From an uncultured Gemmatimonadaceae bacterium (GTDB taxonomy: Bacteria > Gemmatimonadota > Gemmatimonadetes > Gemmatimonadales > Gemmatimonadaceae): DNA of 64,000 bases. The notes under the pieces are model-generated. The model saw only the letters and a program-made list of their open reading frames with translations. It made no database searches and had not been told where the DNA came from. This document shows, one piece after another, positions 57,734-64,000 of this stretch (positions are counted from its first letter, which is position 1; each line of letters starts with the position of its first letter). The position numbers and the translations under genes were made by a program. The stretch covers positions 288,001 to 352,000 of the forward strand of contig CAWHHI010000008.1 of NCBI GenBank assembly GCA_963829055.1. The letters run 5' to 3'.

Positions 57734-58785
57734 CTAACGATTTCCGCGGAGTGAAAGGCACGGCGACCCCGCCATGCGTGGTGGGGGCCGTAGGCGTGAA
57801 TACGCGCTGCATGATCGGGAGATCGACGCTGAGCAGCAACACCAGCAGCAGCGCGGCACCCACCACCGACGCCATGAGCGCAGGCTCTCGATACAGCTTC
57901 TCGGGGTTCTGCGCGGCGCTGTCGTCTTTCATCGCGACGTGCAGGTACAACGCCATCACCAGCGCGATTGCGGGAAAGGCGAGAATCATCTCGAGGCGAT
58001 ATCGCATGCAGAACGCGCCGAAGAAAAGCATGGCCGACGACGCGTAGAACATCACCGACACGAGCAACCGTTCGCCGGTGAAGTAGCGAAACGACTTCCG
58101 ATACGCAGTTGCCCGGGTCGCATCGCCAATGTTCCTGAACTCGGCGAATCGTTTGAGTGCCATGAAGTAGCAGCCAATCATCCAGTAGCTGAGCAGCAAC
58201 GACGCTGGCGCGACGGTGACCGAGGTGACAATGAACCACCCGGCAAGCATCCGAATCGGGTTGTTGATGGCCTCGCTGAGTACGTCCACATATGGCAGAT
58301 CCTTACTTCGCACGGGCGGGATGTTGTACAATGCATCCCATTACCCAGAGCGACAGCACGGACAGTGTGAACGGCATGGAGATGGAAGACGCCACGGCGA
58401 TGCCCGCAACCATCAGCGCGATCCACTGCGCGTATCCGAGAGCCACGTTCACCTGACCGGAGGGAACTGGCCGCCGATGCTTCGTGGGGTGGAAGCGATC
58501 GAACGGCGCGTCGATCAGCTCGTTGAGCGTGTAGTTGCTCGATGCGATGAGGCACACCGAGGCAAGTCCGACGACGATCCTCCACCCGAATCCCGCGCGA
58601 TCCACGAACGGGTCGGTACCGAGCGCGATCACGATGCCCGGGAACACGAACACGTTCTTGAACCAATGGTCGACACGGGCGATCGCGACGTGCCCACGCC
58701 AGGTCGGAGTACCACGGCTTGCGCCGATGGTGTTCGCCTGCTCGCTGCCCGGCTCGCGCGCCTGTTGGCCAACTTCAGGTGTCAT
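57734..58785 (-). CDS. UbiA-family prenyltransferase, decaprenyl-phosphate phosphoribosyltransferase-like (frameshifted)
   Basis: ARVDHWFKN, YTLNELIDAPFDRFHPTKHRRPVPSG, KRFAE. Confidence 0.82.
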
Positions 58786-59022
58786 GGTCAATCGGAGAGG
58801 GCATGGGCCGGGCGTGGGGAGTGCGTTACGAACGGCACGCTGAATCGACATCGACTACAGCATACCCCAATGTAATCAGACGACCGAGCGTTCGACGACG
58901 TTGCGCGCTGCTCAATGCTTATGGTAGCGCGTCTGTCTCTGTGGGTGTCATGTTCCGGCAGCAGCCTGATCAACGAGATCGTCCCGAATCCGACCGAACT
59001 GATGGCGACGAATGCAGTGGCC

Positions 59023-59983
59023 ATGACCTCGAGCGTGGCAAGCGAGAGCACCGACGTCAAACCACCGTTATGGGTGCGGCTCCTCATCGCCGCGGCCGTA
59101 GCGGCTATCGCCGTGGTCCTGGCTGATCACCCACTCTCCGACGACTTCGCGCAGGTCTGGATGGCTGCCCGAGTCATGCTGGGAGGGGGTGACCCGTACA
59201 CGCTCGTTGGACCAGGGCTGCTTCATGACTCCGCCCTATCCGCTCTACTACCCGGAGACCGCGGGGGTGGCGGTTCTGCCGCTCACTCCATTGCCGTTGC
59301 ACATCGCCCGCGTGACCTTCGCGGCGGGCGGCGCCGCGGTCTTTCGCGATGATGCTCACCCGCGACGGGCTTTCAAAGTTACCGTGGCTCCTGAGTTACG
59401 CGTTTCTGAGCTGCCTCTACGTGGTACAATGGACGACCTGGCTCGCGGCGGCCGCCGTGTACCCGGTGATCGGGTTCCTTGCGTCCGCAAAGCCGAACGC
59501 GGGGATCGCCGCTCTTGCTTCGAATGCGTCACGGCGCTCGCTGCTCATCATCGCTCGCGGGTTGCGCCGTGGTGGGGGTGGTGTCGCTCGCGATGGATCC
59601 CGGTTGGCCCATGCAATGGTTCCCGATGACGCGGAACGTGCCGCACTTCCGCACGCTCGCTGCTCGTTCATCCGGCCGGCGTGTTGCTGCTCGCAAGCCT
59701 GCTTCGGTGGCGCCGCCCCGAGGCAAGAGCGCTCGCGGCGCTCGCGGTCATCCCGCACAATCCCCTGCCTCACAACATCTTGCTGCTCGCGGTGGGGCGA
59801 TGGACGGTCGGCGAGTCGGCGGTGCTCTCGGTGCTCTCGTGGTGCGTGGTACCGCTCATCTGGCCCGGCGGGCAACAATCGGCTGATTTCGCCGCGCTGA
59901 GCATCGTATCGGGGCGCGCGAGTCTCTTCCTGCTTTATCTGCCGGCACTAGCGATGTTGCTGAGAAAGCCGAATTCGGCGTAG
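59023..59983 (+). CDS. GT-C/GT87-like membrane protein, paralog 3 (frameshifted)
   Basis: DDFAQVW..GGDPY, YYPET, VQW, KPN, RWRRPEAR, YLPAL..LLRKPN. Confidence 0.65.
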
Positions 59984-60151
59984 GGCGATGCGCTCGCGCT
60001 CGTTCGTGGGCCGCGCTCCGGACAGCGCGCTTCACGCTATATCTCAGCATTGTGCAAAACGAACCCTGGTCTCGCGTCGGCAGGCGTGATCGACGTTAGG
60101 CGTGAACGGCCGGGCGAACCTCTTCGGACAGGATCAGAGGAACAGAAGCAT

Positions 60152-61435
60152 ATGCAGAAGCTGTGGGCAATCGTGCAGCGGGAGTATCTGGAACGCGTGC
60201 GAACGCGTTGGTTCGCCATCGCTACGGTGTTCGGGCCAATCGTGTTCGGCGCGCTCATGTACCTCCCGGCATATGCCGCCATGAGGTCCAACGCATCGGT
60301 AGACGTCGCGCGCATTCAGATTCTCGACGCGACCGCTACCGAATTGGGGCAGCGTGTCGCGAATGAGCTCAACGGCGGTCTGACCGGTGACACCACGCGC
60401 ACGCGGGTCGTTAGGCTGGATCCGGCGTCGCTGACGGCTGCCGAGTCGACCGCGACGAAAGCGGTGCTCGCCAAAGACATCAAGGGGTATCTCGTCCTGG
60501 ACCATAACGCGTTGATTGGACGAGGCGCGCGCTACGCGGGAACGAATGCCACGTCGCTCACGGACATGAGGCGGATCGAAGGCGCGGTGAACCGTGAGGT
60601 GCTCGCACAGCAGTTGCGCACGGCGGGGCTCTCGTCCACCGATGCGGAGCGGCTCAAGGGAATGCGATTCGAGCTTCGGGCGGACCGCATAACGGCGACC
60701 GGTCGTGGAGGATCAGGGCAGATAAGCATCCTCATCGCGCTGTCGATCGCGTTCCTGCTCTACATGACGATCTTCATCTACGGCCAGAACGTCCTGCGCG
60801 GCGTGATGGAGGAGAAGCAGACGCGGGTCGCCGAGATCGTGATCTCGAGCGTGCGATCCACCACGCTGCTTGCCGGAAAGGTGCTCGGCGTAGGCGCGGT
60901 GGGGCTCACGCAACTCCTCATCTGGATTGGTGTGAGCTTCGCCATGGCTCGCTACCGTGCATCGTTGCTGAACATGATGGGCATCGACGCATCGCCGGTG
61001 CAGTTTCCGTCCACATCCATCGGACAGGTCGCACTGCTTGTCGTGTTCTTCATGCTCGGCTACACGTTCTACGCGGCCCTGTTCGCGGCCATCGGCGCGA
61101 TGGTGAATACGGAACAGGAAGCGCAGCAGGCACAGTTGCCGGTGGTCATGCTGTTGATCGTGAGCATCATGTTCCTGCAACCGGTATTGAACGCACCGGA
61201 CGGCAAGTTGGCGAATACGCTCACGTGGCTTCCGTTCTCGTCGCCCATCGTGATGCCACTGCGTATGAGCGCGGTGACTGTGCCCGCCTGGGAGATCGCG
61301 GCGTCGATATTCGCCTTGATGGCAGGCTGCTACATCGCGGTCTGGCTCGCGGCGCGTATTTACCGAACAGGCTTACTCATGTACGGCAAGCGACCGTCGA
61401 TCGGAGAGCTTGCGCGATGGGTCAGACAGGGGTGA
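60152..61435 (+). CDS. ABC-2 type permease (NatB/YhaP-like)
   Basis: REYLERVR, VMEEKQTRVAEI, GKVLGVG, PFSSPIVMPLR, IYRTGLLMYGK. Confidence 0.9.
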   Translation: MQKLWAIVQREYLERVRTRWFAIATVFGPIVFGALMYLPAYAAMRSNASVDVARIQILDATATELGQRVANELNGGLTGDTTRTRVVRLDPASLTAAESTATKAVLAKDIKGYLVLDHNALIGRGARYAGTNATSLTDMRRIEGAVNREVLAQQLRTAGLSSTDAERLKGMRFELRADRITATGRGGSGQISILIALSIAFLLYMTIFIYGQNVLRGVMEEKQTRVAEIVISSVRSTTLLAGKVLGVGAVGLTQLLIWIGVSFAMARYRASLLNMMGIDASPVQFPSTSIGQVALLVVFFMLGYTFYAALFAAIGAMVNTEQEAQQAQLPVVMLLIVSIMFLQPVLNAPDGKLANTLTWLPFSSPIVMPLRMSAVTVPAWEIAASIFALMAGCYIAVWLAARIYRTGLLMYGKRPSIGELARWVRQG

Positions 61436-61465
61436 CCGCGGGCGGTCTATCGTGCAACGCGGAAT

Positions 61466-61843
61466 TCAGCGGAGGAACGTTCCCACTGATCTCTGTCGAT
61501 CGAACGTGAGACTATCGACACGCCATCCGGCCGATTCGTCGCTCGTCACACACGTGTACCATTCTGGACGCGTGCTGCCTCGTGGCTCGAAGAAGCCGCG
61601 GACCGTATAGCGATTCAGTCGCTGTTGCGATACACGGATCAGATCCCCCGTAGGAAACGGAATCCGGGCAGCTTCGGGTCGGACGTGTCGAATCGCAGCT
61701 CGGCACTCGGCGTACGCCTCGACTGTCCGATCGACACGCGGCCTCGCGCGAACGTTCGCCATGAGCCAGACAGCGTTCGCGACGACAAGGCCCGCAAACA
61801 GCAGCCACCAATTGTTGAAACGGGATGTCACGTCTGCGTTCAT
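61466..61843 (-). CDS. Hypothetical protein with N-terminal TM segment
   Basis: ORF with hydrophobic N-terminus and two Cys; follows the GT2 gene. Confidence 0.5.
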   Translation of the reverse strand: MNADVTSRFNNWWLLFAGLVVANAVWLMANVRARPRVDRTVEAYAECRAAIRHVRPEAARIPFPTGDLIRVSQQRLNRYTVRGFFEPRGSTRPEWYTCVTSDESAGWRVDSLTFDRQRSVGTFLR

Positions 61844-61847
61844 CGCA

Positions 61848-62714
61848 TCAACGTGAAGGACGGTGACGCCACCGTCCTGTCAGCGTGATCGGCTCGCGCG
61901 TAGCCAGTCGGAGGCGGCAGGAGCATCGACGCGCGCCTCGCGGTCGGCTGCGATCGAACACGCGCTGGTAGTCGGCGCGCACGGTGTTCTCGAGGACTGC
62001 GCTCTGGTAGTCGCCTGAAGCTGATGCCACTTGATGCGAAACACGTCGACCACGCTGCACTGCATCGCGAAGGAGACGAACCGTCGACGTCTCGTTTTGC
62101 CGGAGCTGCACCGGGATTCGCTTGATGTCGAGCTTGTGCTTGAGCGCGAGATAGACCAGCTCGACGTCGAACGAGAATCGCTCGAGTCGCTGGAGTCGGA
62201 ATAGCTCGTCGGCAATGTCGCCGCGCATCCCCTTGAGACCACACTGGGTGTCGAAGAATCCGCCGGTCACCAGTCGCCCAACGAACTGAGAGAAGATCGT
62301 CGACGCGAGCCGCCGCTGCAACGACAGGTCAGCGAGGTAGACCGAGTCGGGGAGCGTGCGATCGCCGATGACGACGTGAAAGCCGTAATCGCGAATGTAC
62401 CCCACGATCACGGGCAGCAGCTCGAGATCGTACGGGAGATCGACATCGGTGAACACCCGCACATTGCCGCGGGCGGCACGCATTCCGCTCGCGACGGCCG
62501 CGCCCTTGCCGCGGTTGGTCGGTAGCCTGATGAGCCGCGCGCCAAGGGCGGGGTCCCACGGCTGCTCGGTAAAGTCGCCGCCGCCATCGTCCACGACGAT
62601 GATCTCCGACGAGAGCCCAGTTCCGCGCAAAAACGCATCGAGGCGCACGACCGACGCGACAGCGAGTGGCGCCGAGCGGTAGCACGGCAGTATGACGGAC
62701 AGGTCTGGGTTCAT
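61848..62714 (-). CDS. GT2 polyprenyl-phosphate glycosyltransferase (Dol-P-Glc/Man synthase-like; frameshift near C-terminus)
   Basis: SVILPCY, IVVDDG, NRGKGAAV, FTDVDL, DTQCGLK, FSFDVEL. Confidence 0.88.
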   Translation of the reverse strand: MNPDLSVILPCYRSAPLAVASVVRLDAFLRGTGLSSEIIVVDDGGGDFTEQPWDPALGARLIRLPTNRGKGAAVASGMRAARGNVRVFTDVDLPYDLELLPVIVGYIRDYGFHVVIGDRTLPDSVYLADLSLQRRLASTIFSQFVGRLVTGGFFDTQCGLKGMRGDIADELFRLQRLERFSFDVELVYLALKHKLDIKRIPVQLRQNETSTVRLLRDAVQRGRRVSHQVASASGDYQSAVLENTVRADYQRVFDRSRPRGARRCSCRLRLATREPITLTGRWRHRPSR

Positions 62715-62963
62715 CCTGCTTCGTCGAGACGGATCGCTGAGGCGCATGGGGTCACATTCAGACGACCTGGATGGGTCGCAGTTGCGCCGCCCGGCCTCGA
62801 ATGTCGCAGACGTCCTTGGACGCAGCAACGGATACGCACCTTCCCGCCCCGATTCGTTGCCTGCGGTGACGGGCGCGGTCGGCAGTCGTAAGTTCTAGCG
62901 TGCGCTCCCCTTCTCCAACAACTGCTCGGCTGCCTACACCGCAATCTCGCGCCGCCACGATCC

Positions 62964-63908
62964 GTGTTCGGCTGGCATTCGCCCTGGTCATCGGGGTTTC
63001 TGAGCGCGCTGTACGTGCTTCTATATGCACGGGCCAACCCGGACTTCGTGAGTGACTTCGACCAGGTCTGGGCGGGCGCGAGAGCGTTATGGCACGGTCA
63101 GAACCCATACATCGTCGTCGGGCCTGGACGCGCATTCCACTGGCATTGGCCACTCTACTACCCGCTGCCAGCGCTGGTGCTGACCGCGCCGCTCGGTCTC
63201 ATTGCGGTGGTGCCGGCGAGAATGGTCTTCGCCGGCGTGTCAGCAGCGCTCCTCGCATTCGCGATCACTCGCGATGGCTTCGCACGCTGGCCGCTCTTCA
63301 TCAGCATCGCGTTCATGGTGAACGTGGAGCTCGTGCAGTGGTCGAACCTGCTCGCTGCAGCAATGCTACTCCCGGCACTCGGCGGTATCGCGGTCGCGAA
63401 GCCGAACATTGGGCTCGCCATGGGTGCACACGCCGACCGCGTGAGCTCCATCCGCTGGCTCGTCGCGGGAAGCGCGATTCTCATCGCGTCCAGCTTCGCG
63501 GTCTTCCCGGGCTGGCTCGGTTACTGGATCGAGAATGCTCGGAGCGCGCCCCATGTCACGCCTCTCCTTCTCCGCCCCGGCGGTCCGCTGCTGCTGGTGG
63601 CGTTGGTACGTTGGCGTCGTCCCGAGGCGAGGCTGCTCGTCGCCCTCGCCTGCACGCCGCTCACGCCGACGTTCTATGACCCAGTGCTTCTCTATCTCGT
63701 GACACGATCATTCCGCGAGGCGCTCACCCTCACGGTGTGCACGTTCGTGCTGTTCTTCATCGTGGCGTTCAACTCTCCGCTGCCGACGGCCGCGGCGTGG
63801 GGCGATCTCGTCGCGACCGCGTCCATCTGGGTCATCTATCTCCCCTGTCTCGTCATGGTGCTCTTGCGCCCTAACGAGGCTCCCGCATCCGCGGAGCGAG
63901 CAGCATGA
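62964..63908 (+). CDS. GT-C/GT87-like membrane protein, paralog 4 (start may lie near 62900)
   Basis: SDFDQVW..GQNPY, YYPLPA, VQW, KPN, RWRRPEARLL, YLPCL..LLRPN. Confidence 0.68.
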   Translation: MFGWHSPWSSGFLSALYVLLYARANPDFVSDFDQVWAGARALWHGQNPYIVVGPGRAFHWHWPLYYPLPALVLTAPLGLIAVVPARMVFAGVSAALLAFAITRDGFARWPLFISIAFMVNVELVQWSNLLAAAMLLPALGGIAVAKPNIGLAMGAHADRVSSIRWLVAGSAILIASSFAVFPGWLGYWIENARSAPHVTPLLLRPGGPLLLVALVRWRRPEARLLVALACTPLTPTFYDPVLLYLVTRSFREALTLTVCTFVLFFIVAFNSPLPTAAAWGDLVATASIWVIYLPCLVMVLLRPNEAPASAERAA

Positions 63909-64000
63909 CGATGGGGCGAACCGAGACAGAAACGCTCGCATCAGACACGCTTCCGGACAGGCTTCCGCTTGGACTCCGGTGCGTGCTCGCCACGGCGCTC

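Overview
High-GC bacterial DNA. The gene set (SusC/SusD-like pairs, ECF sigma/anti-sigma, repeat families) suggests Gemmatimonadota, but this is inference only. Many genes are broken by single-base indels typical of an unpolished long-read assembly, so many coordinates are approximate. Left third: a form I Mo-Cu aerobic CO dehydrogenase locus (coxMSL with the AYRCSFR motif, xdhC-YHS, coxD, coxE, divergent coxG). It is interrupted by an ~8.6 kb block flanked by a duplicated coxL-xdhC junction. The block encodes a porin-multiheme cytochrome conduit (9-heme lipoprotein, ~20-heme NapC/NirT-like protein, beta-barrel, 16-heme cytochrome) and an acyl-CoA ligase, making this a candidate CO-to-extracellular-electron-transfer system. 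Middle: hydrolases, ECF sigma operon, RNase D, a second Mo-hydroxylase, thiC with a TPP riboswitch, a four-helix-bundle gene inside perfect 45-bp inverted repeats, and two tandem SusC/SusD-like pairs. Right end: a glycosylation cluster with four paralogous GT-C-like membrane proteins, a UbiA/DPPR-synthase-like enzyme, a GT2 and a methyltransferase. The heptamer CGTTAGG/CCTAACG is strongly over-represented across the whole window. No rRNA, tRNA, CRISPR array or transposase was seen.
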